Assembly: GCF_006345805.1 (NCBI RefSeq)
Contig: NC_043001.1
Span: forward strand, 26,040,001-26,104,000
Source: Octopus sinensis
Lineage: Eukaryota
Direction of reading: 5' to 3'
Length of the DNA stretch: 64,000 nt
The notes under the pieces are model-generated. The model was not told the origin of the DNA. It saw only the letters and a program-made list of their open reading frames with translations, and did not search any database. A program made the translations under genes and the position numbers. Shown here in pieces: positions 47,704 through 61,030 of this stretch. Positions within the stretch are counted from its first letter, which is position 1; each line of letters begins with the position of its first letter.

Positions 47704-50495
47704 GTTTAAACCTTACATTATGGGCTGCAAAAATTCCTACCTTCCATTTATATCCTCATATTTATGGCAATTAGGAAACAAATTTCAGCAACTGCAAAAC
47801 TCATTAAGCTATGTTTTCGCTTTCTTTAAATAATCTAATTATTTGCTTGCTTGAATTATTTCTGTAGAACTTTCTAGAAACTGTATAGTAAAGGTTAAAA
47901 AATTTCTGTCATGAATATTTTTGGATTCTTGATTGTTATAAGAAAAATGTATAAGATATGTGTAGTTAAAGTGCAGGGCACTAAGATTCTTGGCTAAAAC
48001 ATTCTAATTACTTGGTTAAAAAAAGAAAAATGTATTTTAAGTCTATTTATGGAATTATCTTGTAGAAGATATGTATATTATCTAGGGACATATATATGTT
48101 ATTTAAAGAGATATGTTCCAGTTTTGTGCACTGAGTTTAACCAATCACATGTCCAGGTTTCATTCTTTAACAGAGAACCACAAAGAATATGCAAAATCTT
48201 CAAATTATATGTGTATATCAAAATAGCTACTTGACTGTCAATTATTTTAATTAGCAGCACTTGAGGGACAATAAATACTCTTTCAAGGAGCCTATTGTAA
48301 TGTATATACATTAATTATAAGATGGCACTCATCAACTGATGGAAGGATATTGTTTGGTGTTGACAGAAATGTAAAAGAAAATCCATTGATTTATGGAATT
48401 TCAGATCCATAAGAAGTTTAAATTTTTGAGTTTTCACTAATGCAAATGTGGAAGGGTTTACTAATAGAAATTCATTTTGTTAAGTACAAGATATTTCAGT
48501 TCTAGAGTTTTAAAACGTACACTTAAAATAGTGTAGGAAAATCATTAACAGAAGTAGTTTACGAATATTATAAAATTTCAAATTGAAATCATAAAACATT
48601 TTGTGATTTTCATTTTAAAATTTTGATTTGAAAGGAAAATAGTCAATTCTAATTCTGGTTATTAATCTGGTTATTATATTACTTCTACAAAACATCACGA
48701 AGAAATCTCGTGTCAAATTGGTATTTATTCAAATTCAAATCAATACAATCAGCAACATACAAACAAACATACACAGAATTGTCATGTATATATGGTGAGT
48801 GCTGACAAATATAGAATGTACATCACAACAGCTAATCCAAAAATTCTAAATAAATTTTATTCAGAATTTTAATTGGGTAAATAGCATATTTTAGAATTCA
48901 TATCAGTAGAATGTTATTGTGATATATGCACTGACATGCCATGCCAAGAATTCAAATATTTAGTTCAGGACTGAGAGATACAAAGACACTCTTCTCTGCT
49001 AAACCACTACAGGAATAACACAGTAATTAGCCTTGTTTTCAAAAGAATTTACAAGATGAACAATCTATATTGAAAAATCCCAACCAATATCTCCGGATCT
49101 TTTCAAAACTAACCACTTTTACTCAATGTAATTATCCAAAAGTAAATTTTGAAACTGTGAAGTTACAAGCAGTTGATGAAAGCTTGAATTGTATCTAATT
49201 GTCAAACCTTTTATATTAAACACAGCAAAATGACCAGTGGGAATTTAAGGCAGGAGGTATTTATTAATTGGCTATTTTCTATAGAAATTACTGGCTAGCA
49301 TGCAAATAGTTAGCCCAAGACAATGCCGAAAGGTCAAGTAAGGAAAAAAATTGATGCTGGACACCTTAATATATTCCCTGAGCAGAAATACATGACATTC
49401 CAAAGGTAGGAAAATTAAGATGTGGGAGAATCAGTTGTCGTGACTAACATTCCTGAGAAGAAAATATTAGGAAGAGAAAATGCTCATCCAGTGTCAATGA
49501 CATATCACTCTGGGTTATCAGGCTTCAATTATATGGCACTGCACCAACAGCTGTCATACTTAGCAGCAGAAGCATGTTCCACAAAGAGAAAATAAAAAAA
49601 GAACCTAGAAATGCTAGTAGACTGACACCAGCCAATTATATTATTTAATGTCTCATAATTCATTACTTGAGTGTAAGGTGGCGCCTTCATTCTCATTAAC
49701 TACCAAGTGGCTCTGATATGGAAGAAATATCATTAACAGTAAGAAAAAGAAGTTTCAAAAACATAGAAGGTTAACACTATTGAGCTGGAAGGAGCCAGGA
49801 GCTGTAACACAAATAGAGTTGTACACCAATGTTGTAGGTATCATTAAGAAGATAACAGAAACAGCATATAAGAGAAGCATATTGCCACAGGGAAGATTCT
49901 TCTTCATACAATAGCAGCATATGTTTAAGAAAGATTTGGGAAAATTGGCAGGTGAAGAAAGCAGAATTCTTTGTAATTAGGTGAAGAATCATATGAAAAT
50001 GGAATGGGCTTCTGTCCAACTGTTATATACAATAAAACCACATGCATTATGGAATTTTTTTTCAGTTGGTCATGTTTTATAAGTATACTTTCTTTCACTG
50101 CTATCTTTTGTGAACCAGAAGAATATTTAATGTGCTTATTTAAGAAGCAACCAATCTAAATATTGTGCCCAAAGCACAAACTACAATAATACATAGATGA
50201 TAATAATAATAATAATACTAATAATAAAGTGTCTACTAAAAGAAATTTCAATCCCAATAGAGGAAAGCCTTTATCTGAAAGAGAGATACTAAGTACAAAG
50301 GAATAGAAATAAATGGTATGTAGAGACTGAAATTTCAACAGATCCCAGTAATAGTGCACCAGTAGGCCAAATAAATACCAGTACAAATAAACATGATCAC
50401 AAGATATTCACGTTACATCAAATATAAAAAATATAGAAGCTTTATAATAAAATTATATATAGGTACATACGTGTATATATGTGTGTATGTATGTA

Positions 50496-50548
<53 letters not shown>

Positions 50549-51346
50549 CATCATTATCATCAATTAACATTTGTTTCCAATGTAAGTCTGTTTTATATAT
50601 GTATATGTGTGTGTGTGTGTGTGAAATTATACTGGTTTGTGGCTGAATAGACCATAGGTTAAATGAGCACTCAGGTCAAGTGTTAGGTAGGGTGTTTGTA
50701 TGTACACACACACACACACAGACCATAGAATTATTCTGTATACACTTTAAGTGCAAGAAGGTAATACAGTAGATATGTACAACATAGATTATTAATGATA
50801 ATAATCACGTGACTAAAATGTTTGCTCATAACTATGTGGTCTCAGTTTCAATACTACAGGTAAGCACTTTGGATAAGTGTCTTCTGCCAATGTTTCAGGT
50901 TGATCAATAACCTTCTAAGTGGAATTTGGTAAATAGAAACTGGAATTTTGTCATATGCATGAGCATGTGGAGTATATCAATGAAAGACATAAATATTACC
51001 AAAAAAGAAAAAAAATGAAAAAGACCACAACAAAAAAGAAAAAAACCCTGAAAACCAATTTTCTTCGAGCGATGTCTCTTGTGATATTTCTTCTATACTG
51101 AATTGCTGAGATATAATCTTGTCACACTCACTATTAGAAATGATCTGACCTGAATGGGAGCTTGTCACTAACCATGTTACAGTTTACTAACTGTGATATA
51201 ATGTTAAAAAATAAAAAGAATATAAATATGATCATACAAAAAACAAATGATGATTTCTATGATCGGCATGAGTCTACGTAGATTTATACTGGAGAGCCAC
51301 AGTCAATTGAAATTACTTCAGTACTTTTCTGGTACTTATTTATATA

Positions 51347-51541
51347 TATTTCTTTACTGCCCACAAGGGGCTAAACATAGAGGAGATAAACAAGGACAAA
51401 CCCCAGTGCGAAACTGGTACTTTATTTATCGACCCCAAAAGGATGAAAGGCAAAGTCGACCTCGGCGGAATTTGAACTCAGAACGTAACGACAGACGAAA
51501 TACCGCTAAGCACTTCGCCCGGCGCGCTAACATTTCTGCCA
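51347..51541 (-). mobile_element. SINE family A with internal deletion
   Basis: Reverse complement of family A, lacking the GATTAAGTCGATTACAT segment present in the 57302 copy. Confidence 0.85.
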
Positions 51542-52085
51542 AGGGGAAAAATACATCTAGATAGATTTTGAATTCAGAATGTAAGTAATAAAATGATGAT
51601 GATGATGACAATCTTTTTCTTTTTATTATCATGTGGGCAACAGATAAAGGGACATTATAGGGGCAAGTTAAAAAAAAGTGGGTTTACAAAGAAATCAAAT
51701 GAATAAATCAGCAAAAATTTAAAAAATGGTATTTGTTGTATACAAACGTGTGATAAGGTCTCCAGAGAGGAAGATCTCCCTGATACAACTATGCCCAATC
51801 AATGCACACTACTGTTCCTGGATTATTATAACTAGCAAAGGTAAGTGCTGTCTCCAGCTTATATCCTCTGACATAGTTGTGCATGCTGAGTGTAGGCCTA
51901 CCTAATCAGTTAAGCCCTGGTTATCATCTCAGATCTCAACAAATTTACAGGAGGGCATCACCAATCTCCATTTTCTTCTTAATCTCCAGCTGGGATTTGA
52001 AAAAACTTATTTAGGGCTTGGTGAATGTGTACTAACCTCTGTATGTCTTCGCAACAAAATTGCTTGGATAGTAGTAACACTGTAG

Positions 52086-52300
52086 AGCCATGTGGCTTGG
52101 TGGTTGGGGTGTTGCACTCACCACTGTAAGATTGTGGTTTCAATTCTTGGACTGGGTGATGTATTATATTCTTGAGCAAAACATTTTATTTCATATTGCT
52201 CCAGTCCACTCAGCTGGAAAAAATGAGTGATTCTGCAACAGACTGGCATCCCATCCAGGGTGGTGACTATATACACCATAGAATCCAGAAAGCTGACCGT
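52086..52300 (+). mobile_element. SINE family E, diverged
   Basis: Homologous to 44947-45205, including GACTGGCATCCCATCCAGGG. Confidence 0.72.
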
Positions 52301-52389
52301 TGATCCCCACCCCATCCTTTTTTTTTGAGAAGTAATCTTAGTTTATGTCCTGCAGTTTGATGGTTTGATGTATGAAAGATCAGTGAATA

Positions 52390-52770
52390 CAGTCAGTACC
52401 TTACTTGAAAACAAGAAATGGTTGGTATTAGGAAGGGCAACCAGCTACAGAAACCATGACAAAGCTGATACCAGAGTACACTGCAGCCTTCAGATTCTAC
52501 CAAACTGTTTAGCCTGTGCCAGCATGGAACATGGATTTTAAATGATGGTGGTGATGATGATGATATTATTCTTAAACCAACACTTGACCAATTAGTAGAG
52601 TTTATCACAAATGCCATTTACAAGCACTCACACATTTGTATGTATGTATGTATGTATGTATGTATATATATATATATATATATTATACAGATATATTATA
52701 TAATATATATACTGTCCAACCCATGCTAGCATGGAAAGCGGACGTTAAATGATAATGATGATGATGATGA
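52390..52770 (+). mobile_element. Two family C/D RTE-like tails (~52390-52565 and ~52714-52770)
   Basis: TTAGGAAGGGCA.CCAGCT..AGAAAC...CAGCATGGAA...(TGA)n and CCAACCCATGCTAGCATGGAAAGCGGACGTTAAA(TGA)n. Confidence 0.65.
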
Positions 52771-53247
52771 TATATATATATATATATATATTATACAGAT
52801 GTTTGTATAATATGCTTGATATGTTCTTATTCATAGTTGAATTTGATTTGCATAAGTAGCTGGATAATAGCTTAACAAATAAAGAAGTATTTTTAATTTA
52901 TTCAAAAAAAAAAATTAAAATTGATTTTTATACATGGGAGAATATATGATAATATTAAATGCATATTAATCACAATATTGATTTGATTATATATTAAATT
53001 TATTCTGAGCAACATGTAGTAAATATTAAAAATCTGAAAGATTCGGGGAATTTCTTGGCTATGAAAATAATTTTCAAAGTTTATGCATTACACATATCAG
53101 TTAATTTCATTGTTAAATAATTAATGCTAAAAGTGCAAGTTATTTACGAATGCATATATATAAATATGTATATGTTTGTGTGCATCTACTGATATATAAT
53201 CAAACATTCAAACCCATTTCTATATTTGAATATATATCAATATACAA

Positions 53248-53278
<31 letters not shown>

Positions 53279-53869
53279 TCAATACCACTTAAATTCATTG
53301 ATTAAACATACTGTATTCATCTTCATATAAAGCTAGTAATATTTTTCTTCACACTAATGATAATGATGATAAGCATTCCCATCATCATTTTTATGTCCAC
53401 TTTTTCTATGCTAGCATGGGTTAGATGAAACTTTTTGAGACAGTATTGTGTGGTTAGATACACTGCCCAACATCATTCTTTACTTATTTTCAGGTCAAGT
53501 ACTGTATTCACTGGTCTTTTGTACATGAAACCACCAAAATTTAGGACATAAAAAAATGTTACTATTACCCAAGAAATTTTATTGCAAAGACATGCTAAGA
53601 TAAGCATACACACATGAGTGTACCAACCACCTAAGGGTCTTCTACTCACAAAAGAAGCTACAGGAGGAAAGCCTACACTTCTGCCAACCCTACAACCTTG
53701 ACAACAACAGCAGAAATAACAAAAGTAACAATGGCAGAACAAAAATAACTGTAAAGACCAATAGCACAACTCAAAAGAGTATTTTTTCACAATCACCACA
53801 ATGAAAAAATCCCTTCCACTACCATCTTACCTCAACTATTCCACCAAAATACAAACACACACACATACA

Positions 53870-54470
53870 CATATCTCTGCCACAGATTTCTCTGATTCCA
53901 AGACCTCAACATGTGACGGAATCTCAATAAACTGATGTCAGACAGCATGGGGGGGTGAAGTGGTCAGTACCATTCTAATGGAATATGGGTAGTAAAAGGA
54001 GCAAACATTAACTCAAATTTATAGGCTTGCTGCTTGGTACCTGGAGAACTAAGTCCATGCCATTGGCCAGTATTGTAGGGTACGGGATTGACTATTTAAG
54101 TTACTTGGGGTTTGATTTAGACTGAACCTCTAAGTGGATATGAACAGAGATGAAATTATAAGCAGAGTGGCCAGTACCACTCAAAAACAGACTAAGAGGA
54201 AGCTATCCCTGAAAGGTTTGGTAGAGATGTTGAAGGTGTACATCACCTCCATATATATTACTTCCTGACTGTTGTGCCTAAACTAAGTCCTTATCTGACC
54301 ATATCAGAATGTCAGCTCTATGGTTTTGTATGGATATGATGAGTTCCTTTAGTTAGGTAGTTCAGTTCATCTATTGCCAACATTCTATGTGGAGGGTTCA
54401 GTGTTTTAAGGCTGGTAGTGTGCAAATATGTTTTGAAACTGTGGCATCTGCAGAGAGTCTTTGATGGTGA
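53870..54470 (+). mobile_element. Tx1/L1-clade LINE reverse transcriptase C-terminal remnant
   Basis: Decayed GANINS, IGLLLGTWRTKSMP, KLLGV*F and KRKLSLKGLVEMLKVYI in the order seen after the RT YADD motif of Tx1/L1 elements. Confidence 0.7.
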
Positions 54471-54663
54471 TAAATCCTATTTGTAATTGTGGCAAACTGT
54501 GCTGAGCAATTTAGTTAGTGTGTGTGTGTGTGTGCATGTGTGTGTGTGTGTGTGTGTGCATGTGCACATGCATGCCATATTCATCATTATCATCATCCTT
54601 TAATGTCTGTTTTCTGTGTTGACATAGGTTGGACCCAGCTGACATACATACATACATACATAT

Positions 54664-55070
54664 CTCTTTTACTCTTTTACTTGTTTCAGTCATTTGACTG
54701 CGGCCATGCTGGAGGACTGCCTTTAGTTGAGCAAATCAACCCCGGGACTTATTCTTTGTAAGCCCAGTACTTATTCTATCGGTCTCTTTTGCCGAACCGC
54801 TAAGTGACGGGGACGTAAACACACCAGCATCGGTTGTCAACAATGCTAAGGGGACAAACACACACACACACACACATACACATATATACATATATATACA
54901 TATATACGACAGGCTTCTTTCAGTTTCTGTCTACCAAATCCACTCACAAGGCATTGGTCGGCCCGGAGCTATAGCAGAAGACACTTGCCCAAGATGCCAC
55001 ACAGTGGGACTGAACCCGGAACCATGTGGTTGGTTAGCAAGCTACTTACCACACAGCCACTCCTGCGCCT
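54664..55070 (-). mobile_element. Full-length young SINE family B
   Basis: Reverse complement nearly identical to 40279-40672. Confidence 0.9.
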
Positions 55071-55355
55071 ATATATATATATATTTGAGAGCATTTTGTT
55101 AAACTTAGAAGCACTGAATGAGTTGGTATTCAACAGAAAATAAAGGAATTCTTGAACACATGATGGCTGTGAAGACCCTTACAAGACAGAAAAGAAAGTG
55201 GCCAGCAAGCCTCTACAGAGAATAGAACCCTGTACCTCTCAAATTCCAGCTACAATTTACCCGATTTTCTAAGCTGTCTTTACAGCTATCCTGCAATTGA
55301 GAATTTCTTTATTTTTTGCAGAATGAATATATATATGCACATGTATATATGTAGA

Positions 55356-55576
55356 TAGTTAAAGTTAATCCAAACAAGAAAGCACAAAAAACACAACAAC
55401 GCGAGGACGTGGAACAAATATAGTATTATTGGATGCTCAGGAAAGAGGGAAAGAAGGAGGGTTTAACATTTCGAGCGGAGCTCTTCGTCGGAAACACAGG
55501 AGAAGGAAAGATCCAGAGAAGGGAAGACAGAGGAAAAAAATTGCCAACAGTATACACGAGGTCACATTTAGATGCC
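55356..55576 (-). mobile_element. Short element resembling a Penelope-like terminal repeat, carrying a minimal hammerhead
   Basis: CpG-retaining ~220-bp unit between (AT)/(AC) microsatellites; hammerhead motif at 55495-55461. Confidence 0.6.
55461..55495 (-). ncRNA. Minimal type I hammerhead ribozyme motif, probably impaired
   Basis: Minus strand GTTT-CCGACGA-A-GAGC(TCC)GCTC-GAAA-TGT-T-AAAC: helix I GTTT/AAAC, helix II GAGC/GCTC. Deviations from consensus are C at position 4 and ATGT instead of the palindrome ACGT. Confidence 0.68.
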
Positions 55577-56109
55577 CACACACACACACACACACAAACA
55601 TATATGAAACTAACTCTTGACCATTGAGTACCACTTGCCACAAACATAAATGAGCTTTACTGAGTCTATACTAATATGCAAAAATGAATATATTTTCTTA
55701 CAAACATTCAAAACAATGAACGACTAGGATACCCCAAAAAATGATTTGTGGTAGTTAGTATCAAAATTAATTGATTAATAGTTCATTAATTAAAAAAAAA
55801 ATTTTTAATGTTAGTAAAGGTTGGAAAATCTCAAGTAAATTGTTTACTAACTGAATACAACCATTATTTTACATTAAGAAAGGAAATGAATGCTAAAAGA
55901 AATTATTTAATGCAAAAATCTATTTATTTTAAGAAAAATTTTATAAAGTGTTATTTCATTAGCTTCTAATTTCAATTATTCATTTCTAAAATTCTAATTG
56001 CTGTTGAGATAAACCTAAGATTCTCAGGAATAATGTTAAAAGAATTTACCATTGTTGTAAAGAAATCTTTAGACTTTAACATTTATTTTATTCTATACTG
56101 TGTTGAATT

Positions 56110-56511
56110 GGTGCAGGTGTGGCTGTGTGAGTAAGAAGCTTGCTTCCCAACCATGTAGTCTTGGGTTCAGCCCTGCTGTGCAGCACCTTGAACAAGTATC
56201 TTCTACTGTAGCCCTGGGCTGATCAAAGCCTTGGGAGTGAATCTGGTAGCTGGAAACTGAAAGAACCTCACCATATGTGCGTATGCGTGCATGCGTCTGT
56301 GTGTATGCATATGTATGCGTATATCTTTGTGTTATTTTTTTTCCCAACCATTGCTCGCTTGACTATTGGTGTTAGTTTGTTTACATTTCTATACTTAGTA
56401 GTTTGGCAAAAGAGACTGATAGAATAAATGCCAGACTTTAAAAATAAGGTCAGGTGGTGATTTGTTTAACTAAATCCTTGAAGGTAATGTCCCACCATGA
56501 CTGAGACAAGT
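56110..56511 (+). mobile_element. SINE family B, diverged full length; family D 3' segment follows at ~56660-56915
   Basis: GGTGCAGGTGTGGCTGTGTG...CAACCATG...GGGTTCAG...GCAAAAGAGACTGATAGAATAA...TGACTGAGACAAG. Confidence 0.75.
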
Positions 56512-57301
56512 CCCAGATGCATTTCTAGCTCTTTAGCCATTACCACTGATAACAGCTAAAGAGCTAGAAACACTATATCTGGGAATCTGACAGGGGGCAG
56601 CACTGGGCACATATTGTGATTTTATACCTTTTACCATAAGGGAGAATTTTCCCTCCATGGTGTGTGTGTGTGTGTGTTATTGTTTCCTTGCCTTGACATC
56701 TTGTGATAGTTATAAATGAATGTTACCATCATACAAGTCACGTCTTTCATTTCCAATATTCTGTGAAAACATGTCTAGTCATGGGAAAATATCAAAGAAA
56801 TACCTTGCTTGGAAACAGGTGGGAGTTGGCAAAAGGAAGGGCATTGGGCTGTAGAAAATTTGCCTCAACAAATTACATCCAACCCAAGCAAGCATGAAAA
56901 AGTGGTCATTAAATTGAGAAGGATAATTTGACCATAATTAGAAAATAAGTAATAATCTATCATAGACAACTAATTTAGCTGTGATAGGGAAATCAAATTT
57001 CTTACATTTAAAATAAATAAAGGTAGCTAATACAGAAAAGATCAAGAAACAAAAAAAAGAGACCATATGCTTGACAACTTTAACAAATAAACAATTTTTA
57101 AAGCTAAAATCATATAACTTTGTTAACAAAATACTTTTATTTAAGTGTGAAAAATAACTATTTAATGATTGATTATTAATGATAGTGTGGCTATGTGGTT
57201 AAGAAACCTGTACCAAAGCCTTGGGCTAACCAAAATCTTGTGAGTGGATTCAGTAGATGGAAACTGAAAGTATATGTATAAATATGTGTGTGTGACTGTA
57301 C

Positions 57302-57528
57302 CTATTTCTTTACTACCCACAAGGGGCTAAACACAGAGGGGACAAACAAGGACAGACAAACGGATTAAGTCGATTACATCGGCCCCAGTGCGTAACTGGT
57401 ACTTAATTTATCGACCCTGAAAGGATGAAAGGCAAAGTCAACCTCGGTGGAATTTGAACTCAGAACGTAACGGCAGACGAAATACAGCTACGCATTTCAC
57501 CCGGCGTGCTAACGTTTCTGCCAGCTCG
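57302..57528 (-). mobile_element. SINE family A nested in a family B-head/D-tail SINE (~57185-57778)
   Basis: Full reverse-complement family A copy lying between a B-type head fragment (57185-57270) and a D-type tail (57533-57778). Confidence 0.82.
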
Positions 57529-58099
57529 CAGCCTGTGTATACTTTGACATCACGTGATGGTTGTAAAGGAACACCACCATCATAGAAGTAATGTTGTTTT
57601 GCCTCCAATCTTCTAAGAAAAACATGCCTGGCCATGGGGAAATATTACCTTACTTGGAAACAGGAGAGAGTTGTGATAGGAAAGGCATCTACTCCTAGAA
57701 AATCTGCCTCAATAAATTGCATCTAACCCATGCAAGCATGGAAAAATAGATGTTTAATAACAATGATGATGATAATAAGATACAAATGCTTTGTCTTTTT
57801 ACATTTAGTTTTTGTTTTCCGACACAATAATTGTATTTTCAAAATGTTCAAATTAAATAATAAAGAAAATATAATAGCAAATATTTTGTCTGTTAGCACG
57901 AAACAAGTTTGTAAACAAACATCACCATCATCAAAGCAGTGTCTTTTGTTTACAATTTTCCATGAGAACATGTCTAGCCAGTGGGAAAATATTACATTAC
58001 TTAGAAAACAAGTGAGAGTTGGTGACAGGAAAAACTATAGAAAATTTCCCTTAATGAATTCCATTGGAGCCATGTAAGCATGGAAAAGTGGATGTTAAA

Positions 58100-58140
<41 letters not shown>

Positions 58141-58730
58141 AATGATGATGAGAACAGGCTAGACTATATTGAATAGATGTCAAACACACACACTCAGGTC
58201 AGCTACTCTGTTCATTTGGTTAAGCTTTAATACTTTTCTGTTGCAGTGATCCATCAGTGAATCACAAGAAAGGTTCAAAGATATACTCTGTTGTTGATAT
58301 GAAGTAGATATTAAGCTGTCAAGTTTCCAAGTCAATAAGTCAACTACTGCTAAAACTGCAAGCAAGCCATCTACTAGAATTTACATGCAAGTTGGTAACA
58401 GGAATACAATATTACAAGGTAGCTAAGAAATCTAGGTCATTTTATAGATGGATTAGATGTTGAACAACTAAAAGAAAAAAATGGGGAAAAAAGGTGATTG
58501 AAAAGCACTAATTACAAATAGCTAAAAGGATGCTGGAATCCAAATATTTGAAAAATGTTTATAATTAATTTAAGTGTTTCACTAGGTCAGTAGATAATAT
58601 TGTAATAAAAATATTAATAATAGCATCTACAACAATTATGATTATTATATTTATTGTTGTTTTTTTATTACTTTTATCGGTATAATTATCATCATCATCG
58701 TCACAAATTTGGTAAATATGTTTGTTAAAA

Positions 58731-58866
58731 GGTGCAGCGATTGAGAAGTTTGCTTCCCAACCACATGGTTTTAGGTTCAGCTCCACCTCATAGCACCTTG
58801 GGCAAGTACCTTCTGCTACAGCCCTGGGCTGACCAATATCTTGCAAGTGGATATGGAAACTGGAAG

Positions 58867-58899
<33 letters not shown>

Positions 58900-59183
58900 T
58901 CTGTGTCTCCTTGTCTTGACATCGTATGATAGATGTAAATGATTGTCACTCTCATACAAATGGTGTCTTTTGTTACCAATTTTGTGTGAAAACATGTGTG
59001 GCCACTGTGAAATATTACCTTACTTGGAAATAGCTGAAAGTTATCAACAGGAAGGGCATCTGACTGAAGAAAAATAACCTCACTGAATTCCATGCAACTC
59101 ATGCAAGCATGGAAAAGTGGATGTTAAAATGACGATGATTATGATGACAACGATGGTGATAATGATGATGATGATAATGATAA
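58731..59183 (+). mobile_element. Family D SINE: family B head and microsatellite joined to an RTE-like (TGA)n tail
   Basis: Head matches family B; after (GT)n comes CTTGACATC...GAAATATTACCTTACTTGGAAA...CATGCAAGCATGGAAAAGTGGATGTTAAAA(TGA)n, also seen at 56680, 57540 and 57950. Confidence 0.75.
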
Positions 59184-59992
59184 CTAAGCTAAGTTCTTAA
59201 CAATATTTAGTTATGTCATTTTATGTTTTGAGTTCAAATATTGTTTGGATTGATTTTACTTTTTGTTCTCATGGAAATTATAAAATAAACACCAGTTATG
59301 TACTAGATTTGAGGCAATTGACAATAGCATTCTCCTATGAATTTTCTTTTTGGTGGAGAAAGGGAGAAGAAGGAAACATCCAATGCAAGAACATATTATT
59401 ACCCTCTTCACTGTATTCCTCATCATCATGATACAGACAAAGAGTAATGAAAACCCCTAGAAGGAACTGTTACCGACAAATGTATTTTGCAATATAAGAT
59501 GGTTTTGAAATTAAATCAACAACAATGTATTTTGCAAAACCATGATTGTTACTCTAAGAAATCATTTACCAGTTCCCTTTTGTTAAGATATCCATACATT
59601 AGAATATATTTTCTCTTCATGTTGAACATACTTCTTTCACTGATTATCTATAGATTACAGAAGCCTTTTCAATTGTTTAGAATTGCCATCATATGAATTG
59701 AAAAATTCGTCTTTCAACATGGTTTTCTCATCTCACAGTTAATAGGAATATGAGAAATGAAATAGCATCTACATTATATTGAGATTGCCTACCCGGCCTA
59801 TCAATGTGATGAAAGATGTTTTATTTTTGTTGTTTAATAAACAACAATGATAAATCATATCAAAAAGGCTAACTTAGTTTTTCAAGGTTAAACAAAAATA
59901 TCTTGAGTCAGTTCTGAATAAACAGACCATAAGCAAATGCATAGGAGCAAGCCTATGTTTTATACAGATATAAAATATCTTATATGCCAGTT

Positions 59993-60314
59993 ATGTGGAG
60001 GTGAAATGGCCCAGTGGTTAGGGCAGCAGACTCGCAGTCGTAGGATCGCGGTTTCGATTCCCAGACTGGACATTGTGAGTGTTTATTGAGTGAAAACACC
60101 TATAGCTCCACGAGGCTCCGGCAGAGGGTGGTGGCAATCCCTGCTGTATTCTTTCGCCACAACTTTCTCTCACTCTTTCTTCTGTTGGCCTGCTCGCTTA
60201 GCCAGCAGGGTGGCGTCATTTGAAGGCTAAAACAACGCGAAGTGCATTGTGACCAGTGATGTGTAGCAACATCTAATAGCCTGGTTGGTCATGGTGATCA
60301 TGGTGATCATGGTG
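59993..60314 (+). mobile_element. tRNA-derived SINE family F with (CATGGTGAT)3 tail and 11-bp TSD
   Basis: A-box TGGCCCAGTGG, B-box TTTCGATTCC; ATATGCCAGTT at 59982-59992 and 60315-60325. Confidence 0.85.
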
Positions 60315-60683
60315 ATATGCCAGTTTTAGGTTGAACAGCACTGTCCAATCAGTCATTAGAAATAGACATCATGTTTTTATTGCAAGCATTTAAGACATAT
60401 TATTTCCATTATAATGATGGTAAGGGAGTTTGTTGATGGATGATCTCAATACTGTATTGCATTTATGCAGAAGATAGCTTTTAGGCATTATTTATTCACT
60501 TACTTCTGACAAAACCAAACATTTATAAATTTTTTGCAAGTTTCAGACAGAGGCTATGCTGGAGTGTTTCAAAGATTTAGTCACTCATATAGACTCCATA
60601 TCTTTGTTTAGTGTTTATTTTATTGGTCATGTAGGATACAACAGTTAAGTTGACCATGGCATAACTCAAACAAAACTAAACAC

Positions 60684-61030
60684 ATCATCATCATCATCAT
60701 TTAACGTCCGCCTTCCATGCTAGCATGGGTTGGACGATTTTTGACTGAGGGCTGGCAAACCAGATGGCCGCACCAGGCTCCAATCTTGATCTGGCAGAGT
60801 TTCAACAGCTGGATGCCCTTCCTAACGTCAACCACTCCAAGAGTGTAGTGGGTGCTTTTTACGTGCCACTGGCACGGGGCCAGTCAGGCAGTACTGGCAA
60901 TGACCTCGCTTGAATCTTTTTACACATGCCACTGGCACAGGTGCCAGTAAGGCGACGTTGATAACGATCATGCTCGAATGGTGCCCTTTTACATGCCACC
61001 GGCACGGAGCCAGTTGGCTGCTCTGGCAAT
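60684..61030 (-). mobile_element. Family C RTE-like 3' end
   Basis: (CAT)n TTAACGTCCGCCTTCCATGCTAGCATGGGTTGG... with GTGCCAC.GGCAC subrepeats. Confidence 0.8.

Noticed and set aside
51730-52080. Possible decayed LINE RT on the minus strand
   Set aside because: No clearly readable RT motif.
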